Source of the DNA: Candidatus Poribacteria bacterium | GTDB lineage: Bacteria; Poribacteria; WGA-4E; WGA-3G | DNA: 64,000 nt | Direction of reading: 5' to 3' | Assembly: GCA_965198235.1 (NCBI GenBank) | Contig: OZ240248.1 | Span: forward strand, 1,536,001-1,600,000 | Shown: one piece after another, positions 37,636-48,143 of the stretch | Position numbering within the stretch: the stretch's first letter is position 1 | Layout of the letters: each line of letters opens with the position of its first letter | Notes under the pieces: model-generated | What the model was told of the DNA's origin: nothing | Seen by the model: the letters and a program-made list of their open reading frames with translations, nothing else | Database searches by the model: none | Translations under genes and position numbers: made by a program

Positions 37636-39414
37636 TTAGAAGCGGCCCGAACGCAAAATAGAGATTACCAATCCGAATCCAAAAAAAGTTGCAGTTAGAT
37701 AGCCCATAATGCCGAGAAAAAACTTCCATTCCCAGATTTCAGCGACTTGTAGGATGATCGACGAGCCTACAATCAATGAGGCAATGATGAGGCTAAAAGC
37801 GATCCGATTGACGACTCGATCGAATACCTTAATCACTGCTTCAAGGCTCAGATGCTCAAGCTCAAATTTAAGAGAACCTCGTTGTAATTTTTGCAGAATA
37901 CGATGCAGTTGAAGAGGCGTGTCTCGGACCAATTCCGTGAAATCTTCTATAGAATCTGCTACCTGCCGCTCCCACTGTTTACTTCCAAAATTTTGGACGA
38001 GAAATTGTGCAATATACGGTTGGCTGAATTTCAGGATATCGAAATCAGGATGCAGTTTCATCACAACCGATTCAACCGTCGCAACAGTCTTGCCGAGCAT
38101 TAAAAAGGCTGGCGGCACATGAATTTGATGACGCAATGATGCGTTAAAGACTTCGTGAATTACCTCGCCGAGACGGAGTCTACTCGGCGGCATATTGAAA
38201 TGACGCTCTAAAAAATCGTTCATTTCTAACTTTAACGCTGCGATGTCTGTTCCGTCCCCCAAAATACCCATTCGGATGTAGCTTCTAACGACCGCATCTA
38301 CGTCTTTAGTTAACACGGCACTCAGCCAACTACAGATATGACGCAACATATCGTTGCTTATCCTACCCACCATGCCGAAGTCTACCAGTCCGATCCGTCC
38401 ATCCTCTAAAACGAAAATGTTCCCCGGATGCGGATCCGCGTGGAAAAAGCCATCGCTCAGCACCTGTGTGTAGAATATTTCCACGAGCGTTTCAGCGAGT
38501 TCCGTCCGATCAAACCCCATCTCATCTAATTGGGCGATTGCGTTGATTGGTACACCATCGATCCGTTCCAAAGTCAAAACACGACGATTCGTGAATTCCC
38601 AATAGACTCTGGGAATTTTCACCTTCGGTGACGTTGCGAACCTCTGGTGGAACGCATCTGTATTTGCGGCTTCGATTGTAAAATCGATCTCTTTCCGAAT
38701 TGAGCGTGAGAACTCGCGGACGAGCTCAGTCGGTTTGAAGAGATGCATCTCTGGGTCTCGATTCTCAAGCCGTTCTGCTAACTCCATCAATAGGTTGAGA
38801 TCCGTCTGAATAATCGTTGCCACGCGTGGACGTTGGACTTTAACGACTACCGGCTCACCTGTTTCTAACGTTGCTGCGTGCACCTGTGCGATTGAAGCCG
38901 CCGCGAATGGCTGCCGTTCGTAGGTTAAGAAGACCTTCTCAAGCGGCAATTCGAATTCCTGTTCGATGGTGGTGCGGACCTCTGAGAAGTCGAAAGACTG
39001 TGCGTGTCGTTGCAATTTCTGGAACTCGGTGCTCCACGCTAGTGCTTCTTCTTGTCCGACGAGTTCAGAGAGAATGTCCACTCGGGTGCTGAGAACTTGT
39101 CCTAATTTTACGAACGTTGGTCCCAACTCTTCAAACGCAAGTCGCAAACGCTCTGGAACAGATAGGAGTGTCCCTGAAGTATTTTCATCTGAATCCTTTC
39201 TCACATTTCGGAAATCCCACCATCTCGATTTCTGGGAATGGGTATCTTCTCTCGCCTTCCGCGTGAACACACTTTTGAGTCTGAAACGACTTGTCCGTCC
39301 TCGCTCGAAAATTTGAGAGATGATATGTCCGAAGCCGTGTCTCGCAAGAATGCTAAAGATCTCAGGCAGACGTTTTGCACTTTTGAGTTTACGATTCAGG
39401 TTCAGAATGCGCAT
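37636..39414 (-). CDS. AarF/UbiB (ABC1) kinase-like protein
   Basis: LGPTFVKLGQ, AAASIAQVH, VKVQRP, FFHADPHPGN, DFGMVG. Confidence 0.93.
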   Translation of the reverse strand: MRILNLNRKLKSAKRLPEIFSILARHGFGHIISQIFERGRTSRFRLKSVFTRKAREDTHSQKSRWWDFRNVRKDSDENTSGTLLSVPERLRLAFEELGPTFVKLGQVLSTRVDILSELVGQEEALAWSTEFQKLQRHAQSFDFSEVRTTIEQEFELPLEKVFLTYERQPFAAASIAQVHAATLETGEPVVVKVQRPRVATIIQTDLNLLMELAERLENRDPEMHLFKPTELVREFSRSIRKEIDFTIEAANTDAFHQRFATSPKVKIPRVYWEFTNRRVLTLERIDGVPINAIAQLDEMGFDRTELAETLVEIFYTQVLSDGFFHADPHPGNIFVLEDGRIGLVDFGMVGRISNDMLRHICSWLSAVLTKDVDAVVRSYIRMGILGDGTDIAALKLEMNDFLERHFNMPPSRLRLGEVIHEVFNASLRHQIHVPPAFLMLGKTVATVESVVMKLHPDFDILKFSQPYIAQFLVQNFGSKQWERQVADSIEDFTELVRDTPLQLHRILQKLQRGSLKFELEHLSLEAVIKVFDRVVNRIAFSLIIASLIVGSSIILQVAEIWEWKFFLGIMGYLTATFFGFGLVISILRSGRF

Positions 39415-39522
39415 GAAGTTTCATCTCTTTATAAGTTTGACGATACCACTCTTAAAATTTTACACGAAAAATTTTGTGGAGTCAAGAAAAATCTCATAAG
39501 CACAAACATAGTGTACGGAAAC

Positions 39523-39551
39523 TTGATAAATTGCCATAGTGCTGGTATAAT
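39523..39551 (+). promoter_or_regulatory. sigma70-type promoter for DNA methyltransferase
   Basis: TTGATA-17 nt-TATAAT. Confidence 0.6.
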
Positions 39552-39670
39552 TTGCTAAGGAAAAGAGCAGCGAGATCGCAAGCCGTGTTGAGAACTGGAA
39601 TCGATCCTCTTTTTGCATTTAGCGGAAGGAAAATCGCTCACACGCTATTGTATACAGAACAGGAAATTAA

Positions 39671-40552
39671 ATGTCTAAACATCAACTTTATTATGGCGAT
39701 AACCTTGAAATTCTTCGGACGTATGTTCCTGATGAAAGCGTCAACCTGATTTATATTGATCCACCGTTTAACACGGGAAAACTCCAACAGCGTACAGAGA
39801 TCCAGGTCGAACTGGATGCCGATGGTGATCGGATTGGCTTCCAAGGTAAAACATATCGAACCCTCACAGGTAAAACCACGCATTACACCGATAAGTTTGA
39901 GAGTTCGGATGCTTATTTACAGTTTTTGCGACCTCGTTTTGAAGAAGCGTATCGCGTGATGCACCCGCACGGTAGTTTCTTCCTCCATATTGATTACCGT
40001 GAGGTGCATTATTGTAAAGTAATGCTTGATGAGATTTTCGGACGCGAATCTTTTATCAACGAGATTATTTGGGCTTACGATTACGGAGGGAGGCCCAAGT
40101 CGAGGTGGCCCGCCAAACACGATAATATCTTGTGGTATGCCAAAACGACTGAGCACTACACCTTCAATTTCGATGAAATGGATAGGATTCCGTATATGGC
40201 ACCCGGGTTAGTAGGAAAAGCAAAGGCGGCACGTGGCAAAACACCGACCGATGTCTGGTGGCATACCATTGTTGCCACTAATGGGGGTGAAAAGACCGGC
40301 TATCCGACACAAAAGCCGCTCGGAATCCTTAACCGTATCGTCAAGGTGCATTCATCATCAGGTGATACGCTTTTAGATTTTTTTGCTGGCAGTGGCACAT
40401 TCGGTGAAGCTGCAGCACTACACGACTGCTCCTCGATTTTAATCGATAATAATATTCCCGCAATCAAACAGATTATGAATAGATTGGCTCTTTATGGGAT
40501 CGAACTCGTCAATGTTGATTATGAGACATTGCGCGGGCATCAGGTAAAGTAG
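39671..40552 (+). CDS. Solitary N6/N4 DNA methyltransferase (beta class)
   Basis: YIDPPF before YPTQKP and DFFAGSGT; no adjacent restriction endonuclease. Confidence 0.9.
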   Translation: MSKHQLYYGDNLEILRTYVPDESVNLIYIDPPFNTGKLQQRTEIQVELDADGDRIGFQGKTYRTLTGKTTHYTDKFESSDAYLQFLRPRFEEAYRVMHPHGSFFLHIDYREVHYCKVMLDEIFGRESFINEIIWAYDYGGRPKSRWPAKHDNILWYAKTTEHYTFNFDEMDRIPYMAPGLVGKAKAARGKTPTDVWWHTIVATNGGEKTGYPTQKPLGILNRIVKVHSSSGDTLLDFFAGSGTFGEAAALHDCSSILIDNNIPAIKQIMNRLALYGIELVNVDYETLRGHQVK

Positions 40553-40741
40553 GAGTATTTCGTTTTCTCATTCCGTGCCAAAAAAGTCAGAAATTGCTCC
40601 TTTGGCTATCTTTTTCGGTACCGGTGTTTCTAATTAAGAGTGAGTACCACATTGTAGCGATAAACCTGGAGGAGAGCTGAATCTCCTCGAAGATAGAAGC
40701 TTCGACTTGATTTACATTGAGAAACTGGATATAATAGGTGT

Positions 40742-41422
40742 ATGGAGGCGGGGATGATGAAAAGACTTAAGGAGATTTCAGAACAGATTCGAGAAAATAT
40801 AAACCAATTTCTGGAAGCGGTTGACGGTGCCGAATCGCTGCTTGATAAAGCTATCGTTGACATGAAAGCGCGATTTGATGAGGCAAAAGATCTGGTAGCC
40901 ACAGCGATCGCAGAAGAACAGAGACTCAAACGCGCCTATCAGGAGGCTGTTGACACAGCGAACATGTGGGATGAAAAGGCTGACGCTGCTTTGCAAAATC
41001 GGGACACAGCACGTGCAAGCGAAGCACAACAGCGCAAGCGATACCATCTAAATGTCGCAGATGGCTATAAACGCCAAATTGCTGCTCAGACAGCAGTCGT
41101 AACGTCCCTCAAAACAGCACTTCAGGAATTTTATCGGCAATTCCAAAGCGCAGCGGGGCACGCTGAAACCCTATCCCACCGTCAGAAGCAAGCGGAGACG
41201 CGCGCGGAACTCTATAAATTAATCGCGGCAGCGGAAAAAGCGATCTCCACTACTTTGGTACAGTCTAAACAAAAATTAAAAACGGCGGAAGAAAAAGCAG
41301 AAATTTGGGAAAACCGAAATCGCCGCGATGCCGCTGATGTGAAAAAAAACGCAGATAATTCCAACCTCGACCAGACGCTTGCAGAACTTAAAAGTGATGT
41401 CTTAGGCAGTCATCGCAAATAA
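40742..41422 (+). CDS. PspA/IM30 family protein
   Basis: Coiled-coil; LLDKAIVDM, WDEKADAAL, LAELK; TTGATT-17-TATAAT at 40707-40735. Confidence 0.8.
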   Translation: MEAGMMKRLKEISEQIRENINQFLEAVDGAESLLDKAIVDMKARFDEAKDLVATAIAEEQRLKRAYQEAVDTANMWDEKADAALQNRDTARASEAQQRKRYHLNVADGYKRQIAAQTAVVTSLKTALQEFYRQFQSAAGHAETLSHRQKQAETRAELYKLIAAAEKAISTTLVQSKQKLKTAEEKAEIWENRNRRDAADVKKNADNSNLDQTLAELKSDVLGSHRK

Positions 41423-41522
41423 TCTTTTAACTATGGGTATCGCTGTGATTGCTCCTATCGGAGCGGTTATCGGTTTTCGGTTAGGTCTGGGCGTTTTCGC
41501 AGAACAGCACGGTTTCTTAAAA

Positions 41523-42281
41523 ATGATTAAAACCTTAAGTTTGACGAAATATTTCGGTAAATTGTGTGCTGTAGATGCATTGACACTTGAGGTGGAGGCA
41601 GGTGAGATATTTGGATTCCTTGGGCCTAATGGGGCAGGAAAGACGACGACAATCAACATGCTGACAGGCTTACTCCGTCCGACATCTGGCACTGCAACGC
41701 TTGGCGGTTATGACATTCAGAAGCAGAGTTTACAGGCGAAAGCGATTCTCGGACTGATGCCCGATACGCCTCAACTTTATGAAGCATTGAGCGGTAGACA
41801 GTTTGTCCGTATGATAGCGGATTTATATGAAGTACCACCGGGGCAAGCCGAAAATGAGATGGGCGTGCTACTTGAACAACTTGAACTTACCGATGCTGTT
41901 GACGATCAGATTAAAGGGTATTCTTACGGCATGCAGAAGAAGATTCTGCTGATCTCGGTTCTCGTGCATCATCCGCGGATTCTTTTCCTTGATGAACCGA
42001 CTAGTGGTCTGGATCCGAGGAGTGCACGCACTGTCAGGGAAATCCTGCGCGAACGTTGTGAGCAGGGTTCTACTGTATTTATGACAACACACATCCTTGA
42101 AATTGCTGAACGTATTTGCGATCGAGTCGGTATTATCAGTAGGAGTCAACTTATTGCTGTGGGAACTCTTGCGGAATTACAGCAGAAAAAGCAGGAATGC
42201 CACGGACGACCCGTTGATGTCAGTCAGGACCAGACGGAGACACTTGAGGATATTTTTCTCGATCTGACGACAGATTTTTAA
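41523..42281 (+). CDS. ABC transporter ATP-binding protein
   Basis: GPNGAGKTT, YSYGM, LDEPTSGLD. Confidence 0.93.
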   Translation: MIKTLSLTKYFGKLCAVDALTLEVEAGEIFGFLGPNGAGKTTTINMLTGLLRPTSGTATLGGYDIQKQSLQAKAILGLMPDTPQLYEALSGRQFVRMIADLYEVPPGQAENEMGVLLEQLELTDAVDDQIKGYSYGMQKKILLISVLVHHPRILFLDEPTSGLDPRSARTVREILRERCEQGSTVFMTTHILEIAERICDRVGIISRSQLIAVGTLAELQQKKQECHGRPVDVSQDQTETLEDIFLDLTTDF

Positions 42282-42481
42282 ATTTTCCTTGCGGTTCGGT
42301 GAAGTGAGTTGAATGAACCACGATCCGCTCCGTGGATCCGCACTCCACTTCGTTACGTGCTACTGACACCTATCAAGAACCTGCTCGTAATGAAATTAGG
42401 TTTCCTTAAATGGCATAATTTTGCTTCGCAGTGAGAATGCTTTACATTTGGAGAGCAGTCCAGGAGCCCATAGTTTAAAAC

Positions 42482-44146
42482 ATGTTAAAAGATGTGATAA
42501 TTCTGCTAAGAGCGGATTTGCAAGGGTGGTTGAATGGTCTTAGGCGCGGTGGGGAAGCGTGGCGAAAAGCCGCTTTAAAGGGTATAGGTTACCTCGTGTT
42601 CATCGTTGCACTATCAGTGTTAGGTAACTCCCTTTTCACGCATTTACGGCTCACTGAGGCAGAGCCGACGCTTCTGCTGGGTGTAATTAATGGGTTCATG
42701 GTCTTCGGGATTATCGTTGTTGCCAAGGAGTTGATGGAGAGTTCGCTGAAGAGTCTATATGAGGCACCGGACACCGCGTTGTTACACGCTGCACCGATTC
42801 AACCGGTTGCAATTTTCGGATATAAGTTCATTCATCTCACTATCACGCGCTTTCTGAGTATCTTCTGTTTTTTGGGACCCCCATGGGTAGCGTTCGGTCT
42901 GATATTTGGATTGCCGTGGCATTTTTACGCGGTGCTGTTTCCAGTGTGCTTGTGTCTTCTGGTAATGATCGCGAGTTATGTTACCATCAGCGTGATGTTG
43001 ATTGCGCGTTTCTTTTCATCTGGGTGGCTCCTCGCAACACTCAAGGTACTCGGCACTGCAATCGGCGTAACGGTGGGTTTTCTGTTATCGTTGACACTGT
43101 TTTTCGAGTTTGAGCCGATCCACATAAAGCAATTTTTGCTCAATTGGGCTTCCGAGAGAACGACGGATACGACTGCTTCGTGGTATCCACACGAGTGGAT
43201 TGGGGAACTTCTGCTAAGTTGGGTGACTGAATCCACAATTGGTGTCCGGTTGAGATGGGCACTCGGAGGTATCGGAGGAAGTCTCACCGCTGCCGGAGTG
43301 GCAACGCTCGTCGCGCGACTGATTTATCAGCGCGGTTGGGAAAATATCCGACAATTGAAAGCCAAGCGTAAACCCGTGCGGAATACCATTGTCCCGCAAG
43401 CCTCTATAGGCTTGTGCCAGTCTAAGGCATCGCATCTGGAACGCATACGGCGGACCCTCGGGCGTGGCAAAATACGCTCTATGATGCTAAAGGACTTTCT
43501 CATTTTCGTCCGGCACAGTGGACGGCTAATTGCTATTGTGATGCTCACACTTTTTTTGGTAGTTCACATCGCTATCTTACTCGTGCATGAAGGTAGTGCG
43601 GATACGAACGCTGGGTTGGTTCTTACTGTGCAGATAGTTCTTTATAGCATGCTTATTACCTTCGGTATCAGTTGTAACGGTCTTCGAGATGAAGCGAAGA
43701 CATGGTGGATGCTGAAAGCCTCCCCTGTTACGCCGAAGTTAGTGTTCAAGAGTAAATTCCTGACTGCGCTTCTCTGTGCGCTGATGTATGCTGAATTCTG
43801 GTCCCTGTTCGCTGTTTGTCTGCTCCGAATTCCGAGAGATGCTTGGATACCTGTGATGCTAACGCCTGTCTTAACACTCCCGACAGCGTGTGCAATGAAT
43901 ACGGCGATTGGGACATTGCCGTGGATGGCAGAATTGACACATCAACCGAAACCGATCTTGCGAGTTTTAACGTTCACAGTGACGCTTATCGTTGATGTGG
44001 CACTTGTCCTCGCGCCGGTGATAACATGGTATACGGAAAGTCTCATTTCGTTTATTGGATTGGTAATCCTTCTTGCGGGTGTATTTGCTGTGTCCTATAG
44101 ATGGGGAGTAGGGAATCTCCGCAGGTTGTTGGTTGCGCAACAGTAA
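42482..44146 (+). CDS. Putative ABC-2 type permease
   Basis: Polytopic membrane protein next to the ATPase; LLHAAPI, LKASPV..KF. Confidence 0.75.
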   Translation: MLKDVIILLRADLQGWLNGLRRGGEAWRKAALKGIGYLVFIVALSVLGNSLFTHLRLTEAEPTLLLGVINGFMVFGIIVVAKELMESSLKSLYEAPDTALLHAAPIQPVAIFGYKFIHLTITRFLSIFCFLGPPWVAFGLIFGLPWHFYAVLFPVCLCLLVMIASYVTISVMLIARFFSSGWLLATLKVLGTAIGVTVGFLLSLTLFFEFEPIHIKQFLLNWASERTTDTTASWYPHEWIGELLLSWVTESTIGVRLRWALGGIGGSLTAAGVATLVARLIYQRGWENIRQLKAKRKPVRNTIVPQASIGLCQSKASHLERIRRTLGRGKIRSMMLKDFLIFVRHSGRLIAIVMLTLFLVVHIAILLVHEGSADTNAGLVLTVQIVLYSMLITFGISCNGLRDEAKTWWMLKASPVTPKLVFKSKFLTALLCALMYAEFWSLFAVCLLRIPRDAWIPVMLTPVLTLPTACAMNTAIGTLPWMAELTHQPKPILRVLTFTVTLIVDVALVLAPVITWYTESLISFIGLVILLAGVFAVSYRWGVGNLRRLLVAQQ

Positions 44147-44375
44147 GGTTGATAATTAGTACTAAGTTTTGCGGGCGAGGTTTCCAAGCGCGCAGGAAAG
44201 AAGGTTTTTTAACTATCAAATCTGGGCACCGTTCCATGGCATTTCATCGAAGAAATCCCCTCCCCAGTAACGGGCGGGGACCCCGGTTTCTGATGAAGTC
44301 AAACCCCTTCTCGCAACTGTGACGGCACGGTAGGAGCAGTTTCCTAACTGCTCCGAACCCTTGAGAAAAGGAAAA

Positions 44376-44882
44376 ATGTTGATAGAATATGAAGGCATAA
44401 CACCAAACGTGCATCCCTCTGTTTTCGTCGCTCCAGGGGCGATGATTATTGGCGATGTAACGATTGGGGAAGAATCAAGCATCTGGTTTAACAGCGTGCT
44501 CCGCGGGGATTTAGAACCGATCCGAATCGGATGTCGCACCAATGTTCAGGACGGTGCAGTGATACACATGGACAAAGAGATTCCGTGTCTCATCGGTGAT
44601 GACGTTACGATCGGGCACGGTGCAATCCTCCATAGTTGCACTATTGGAGACGGGGCACTAATCGGCATGGGGGCAATTCTCCTAACGGGTTCGGTGATCG
44701 GCGAAAATGCTGTTGTCGCAGCTGGGACGCTTGTCCGCGAAGGACAGGAAATCCCACCGGGTGCCGTTGCAATGGGAGTCCCAGCAAAAGTGCGGCGTGA
44801 GGCTACCGAGGCGGAACTTGAACGTGTCCGACGCGGCAAAGACGATTACGTCTTACGTGGCAAGCTGATGCAAAATTTTTAA
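44376..44882 (+). CDS. Gamma carbonic anhydrase family protein
   Basis: IIGDVTIG, VLRGD, NVQDG.VIH, TIGH..LH. Confidence 0.9.
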   Translation: MLIEYEGITPNVHPSVFVAPGAMIIGDVTIGEESSIWFNSVLRGDLEPIRIGCRTNVQDGAVIHMDKEIPCLIGDDVTIGHGAILHSCTIGDGALIGMGAILLTGSVIGENAVVAAGTLVREGQEIPPGAVAMGVPAKVRREATEAELERVRRGKDDYVLRGKLMQNF

Positions 44883-45025
44883 ACGATTCAATATGAACTG
44901 CTGCGTCCGTTGTCCTTGCAGATTTTGAATCTTTAAGAAACCTTTCATAACCTAAAATAGGTTCTTTACTAATTTTAGATCGTTGCCGACAACGGAGGCA
45001 ACGCCCAGGAGCAATCGTTAGAAAA

Positions 45026-46066
45026 ATGGCAAAACGAACATGTTTAATGATTGGTGGAAGTGGTATGGCTGGTGGCTGGATCAACAATTTCACGAATAAT
45101 TTCGACGATCGAATTGAAATTGTCGGTTTAGCAGACGTGAATACAGGGGTCCTCGCAGCGCAAGGCGAAGCGTTGGGACTCAGCACATCACAACTTTTTA
45201 CAGATTTTAACGAGGCGTGTGCAACGGTCAAGGCAGACTTCTGTGGCATTGCTGTCCCACCGCAATTCCATAGTCCTGCCGCGATTGCCGCTATGGAAAA
45301 TGGGATGCCTGTTATCTGTGAAAAACCGATTGCAGACACCTTAGACGCAGCAAAGGCGATGGTACGTACCGCCCAAAAAACGGGATTGCCGTGTGCTATT
45401 ATCCAAAATTATCGCTATGCCGATAATAAACAGGAATTGATTCGCATCCGCGATGAAGGTAGATTGGGACGGCTTCAACACATTGTCGGAAGATACGCAT
45501 GCGATTACCGTCGTTATCTCTCATGGGGCAAAGCGTGGCGACACGATATGGATTTCGGGCTCCTTTTTGAAGGTTCCGTTCATCACCTTGACATGCTTCG
45601 GTTCCTCTCAGGTGGCGATTGTGAAACCTTGATCGGGTTTGGATGGAATCCCGAATGGTCGAGTTTCCAGCATTACTCCAGTGGTTTCTATGTGATGCGG
45701 ATGGATAACGGGATCCATACCTCTTATGAAGGCAACAGTTCATCGGCGGGTATTGTCAACTGTTGGAACCATGAACATTACCGTGCTGAGTTTGAGGAAG
45801 GTGCTGTGGAAATCGCAGGCGGCAACCAGATGACTATCCACCGCGTCGGTGGGGAAGCCGAAGTCTACGAGGCACCGGCAATTCCCTATCAAGCGCATCA
45901 GCATCTCTTTGATGAATTCCTGAATTGGCTCGATGGTGGCGAACCTTCTGATACGCGAATTGAGGACAATATCAAAAGCTTCGTGCTTGTCATCGCCGCG
46001 ATGGAGACAACCCTTGATGGACAACCCAAACAGATCGCCGATTACCTGAGCGACTTAGAGATTTAA
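45026..46066 (+). CDS. Gfo/Idh/MocA oxidoreductase
   Basis: IGGSGMA, PPQFH, CEKP, SVHHLD. Confidence 0.9.
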   Translation: MAKRTCLMIGGSGMAGGWINNFTNNFDDRIEIVGLADVNTGVLAAQGEALGLSTSQLFTDFNEACATVKADFCGIAVPPQFHSPAAIAAMENGMPVICEKPIADTLDAAKAMVRTAQKTGLPCAIIQNYRYADNKQELIRIRDEGRLGRLQHIVGRYACDYRRYLSWGKAWRHDMDFGLLFEGSVHHLDMLRFLSGGDCETLIGFGWNPEWSSFQHYSSGFYVMRMDNGIHTSYEGNSSSAGIVNCWNHEHYRAEFEEGAVEIAGGNQMTIHRVGGEAEVYEAPAIPYQAHQHLFDEFLNWLDGGEPSDTRIEDNIKSFVLVIAAMETTLDGQPKQIADYLSDLEI

Positions 46067-46100
46067 GGGTTATGTATTCGCAAGGGCTTAGGTACTGACT

Positions 46101-46397
46101 GTGTTCAATCCAAACCCTGAAATACCACGTGTCCTTGAAGATATTCCTGAATCTGAGCAACGCGCCCTGCTTGAAAAGGCAGCAACGTGGATTGGACGGC
46201 GCGGTTTAACCGCGCCCGCAATTCTCTTTTTAGAGATCGGTAAGCCACTTAACTTTTTGGGGAGTCAACTCTTAATCGCGTTTAGTCCCTTTATTCAGGC
46301 GATTTTCAAGGGCGACGAGTACCATAAATTCGCACTTATTCTGGAAAAAGATGCGAATGTTGAACTATTGATTGAATTGATTGAGGCACACTCATGA
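46101..46397 (+). CDS. Conserved hypothetical protein
   Basis: 98 aa; RRGL.APAILFLE..KPLNFLGSQ. Confidence 0.7.
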   Translation: MFNPNPEIPRVLEDIPESEQRALLEKAATWIGRRGLTAPAILFLEIGKPLNFLGSQLLIAFSPFIQAIFKGDEYHKFALILEKDANVELLIELIEAHS

Positions 46398-46440
46398 CTC
46401 CGTCACCAATAAAATGGTGGGTGGTTCTCCATCAGTTAAA

Positions 46441-46640
46441 GCGCGTAAGCCCAAGCATCGCGCCGGGCTGGGTATACGGAGAAGATCGTTCTCGTAAAAC
46501 TAACCTTATCGAACCGCAAGGAAACTTAGAAATAGGAATTGGATAGAGCGCGTAAGCCCAAGCATCGCGCCGGGCTGGATATACGGGGAGGATCGTTCCC
46601 TCAAAACTGGCCTTATCGAACCGCAAGGAAAATTAAAAAT
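46441..46640 (+). repeat. Tandem pair (~94 bp) of CCGCAAGGAA-family repeat
   Basis: Copies at 46441 and 46548; related copies at 26697-26764, 63582-63649 and 42276-42310 (reverse). Confidence 0.85.
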
Positions 46641-48008
46641 ATGGCAGTTGAATTAAGAATGCTTCAGATGGATCAGACAATGACCAAGGGGAAAATCGGA
46701 AAATGGCTGGTTAAGGAGGGCGATACCGTCACACAAGGACAACCTTTGTTAGAGATTGAAACCGATAAGGTCGTCCATGAACAGGAATCCCCCACTGATG
46801 GTGTTATCGCGCAATTGTTTGCTGAGGAGGGTGCCAATGTTCCTGTCAATGCTCTGTTAGCGATTATCGGGGCACCCGGAGAGGAAGTGGCACGCGTTGA
46901 AGTGGACACGGGGACAGTTGAAGTGGACACCACGCCGGAACCACAAGCGTCAGTGCAACCTGCACAACCGAAGGCAACGCCACCGACTGTGACCGTTGCA
47001 CCAAAAGCCTCGCCAGCGGCACGCCAACTTGCCGAAAAACTCGCTATTGACTTGACCGAGGTCAAAGCCTCTGGACCTGGGGGACGTATCCTTGAAAGCG
47101 ATGTCCAGCGATATATTGATTTGAGGGGACCGGCTCCAATTGAAGAAACGACACGACTTAGGGCATCACCGCTTGCCCGGCGATTGGCGAAGGAGCACGG
47201 AGTTGACCTGATTTCAATTGTCGGTTCAGGACCCGATGGCAGAATTGTCCGTGACGATGTGTTACAAGCGAGCGCAGCCGCCGCTGAAGCCCCCGTTATA
47301 GAGACACCTGTTCTCCAACAAGCGACAGAAGTTATTCCTATGGGTGGCATCCGTGAAATTATCGCAGAGCGGATGACCATGAGCCTTCAAACTAACGCCA
47401 GCGTCACACTCCACACAGAGGTTGACGCAACGGCTTTCGTCGAACTACGTCGGATGCTCAACGATAAACTGCAGGCGAGAGAGGTGAGTCTCACCTACAC
47501 CGACCTGCTCGTTAAAGTCGTAGCAAACGCTTTGCGGGAATACCCTCGACTCAACGCAACACTCACGGATGAAGGGATTCATCTATTGCCGGAAATTAAC
47601 ATCGGTGTAGCCGTCGCACTGGACGATGGACTGGTGGTGCCAGTAATACGGAATGCGGACAAGGAGAGGTTATCGGAGATCTCTGATCAGGTAAGAGGTT
47701 TCGCAGAGCGGGCACGTAGTAATCAATTGACACCCGGTGAACTTCAAGGTGGCACCTTTACCATTACAAATCTCGGGAACTTCGGAATTGATGCTTTCAC
47801 GCCTATTATCAATCCACCGGAGAGTGCTATTCTTGGGGTGGGACGGATTCTGAAAAAGCCGGTTGTTCACGACGATGAGATTGTTGTCCGTAGCATGCTG
47901 ACCCTGAGTTTGACGTTTGACCATCGTGTGATAGACGGTGCGCCTGCAGCGCAGTTTCTACAAACGGTCTCCAGCTATATTCAAGATCCATATCTGTTGT
48001 TAGTGTAG
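46641..48008 (+). CDS. 2-oxoacid dehydrogenase E2 (dihydrolipoamide acyltransferase)
   Basis: Lipoyl ETDKV; two E3-binding ASPxARxLA domains; DHRVIDG. Confidence 0.93.
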   Translation: MAVELRMLQMDQTMTKGKIGKWLVKEGDTVTQGQPLLEIETDKVVHEQESPTDGVIAQLFAEEGANVPVNALLAIIGAPGEEVARVEVDTGTVEVDTTPEPQASVQPAQPKATPPTVTVAPKASPAARQLAEKLAIDLTEVKASGPGGRILESDVQRYIDLRGPAPIEETTRLRASPLARRLAKEHGVDLISIVGSGPDGRIVRDDVLQASAAAAEAPVIETPVLQQATEVIPMGGIREIIAERMTMSLQTNASVTLHTEVDATAFVELRRMLNDKLQAREVSLTYTDLLVKVVANALREYPRLNATLTDEGIHLLPEINIGVAVALDDGLVVPVIRNADKERLSEISDQVRGFAERARSNQLTPGELQGGTFTITNLGNFGIDAFTPIINPPESAILGVGRILKKPVVHDDEIVVRSMLTLSLTFDHRVIDGAPAAQFLQTVSSYIQDPYLLLV

Positions 48009-48143
48009 GGCTACCAATATTCTGTCTGTAGAGATTCAATTTCATCAAAGTGTGCGTCTCGTGTGACAAGAATCAAATCGTGTTGCATGGCAAGTGCCGC
48101 AATTCAAATATCATCAAAACCTTTGGGCTGGAAACCCCACACT

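Noticed and set aside
46539-46640. N-terminal extensions in track ORFs (E2, Wzi, RuvX, ABC ATPase, Dabb)
   Set aside because: Repeat-derived; family homology begins at downstream ATGs
46673-47380. 235-aa minus-strand ORF and similar short overlapping ORFs
   Set aside because: Shadow frames of well-supported genes, with no motifs
48104-48106. TGA in vapC as selenocysteine or Trp recoding
   Set aside because: The position is a Trp site in an already disrupted gene, and TGA is a normal stop elsewhere in the window
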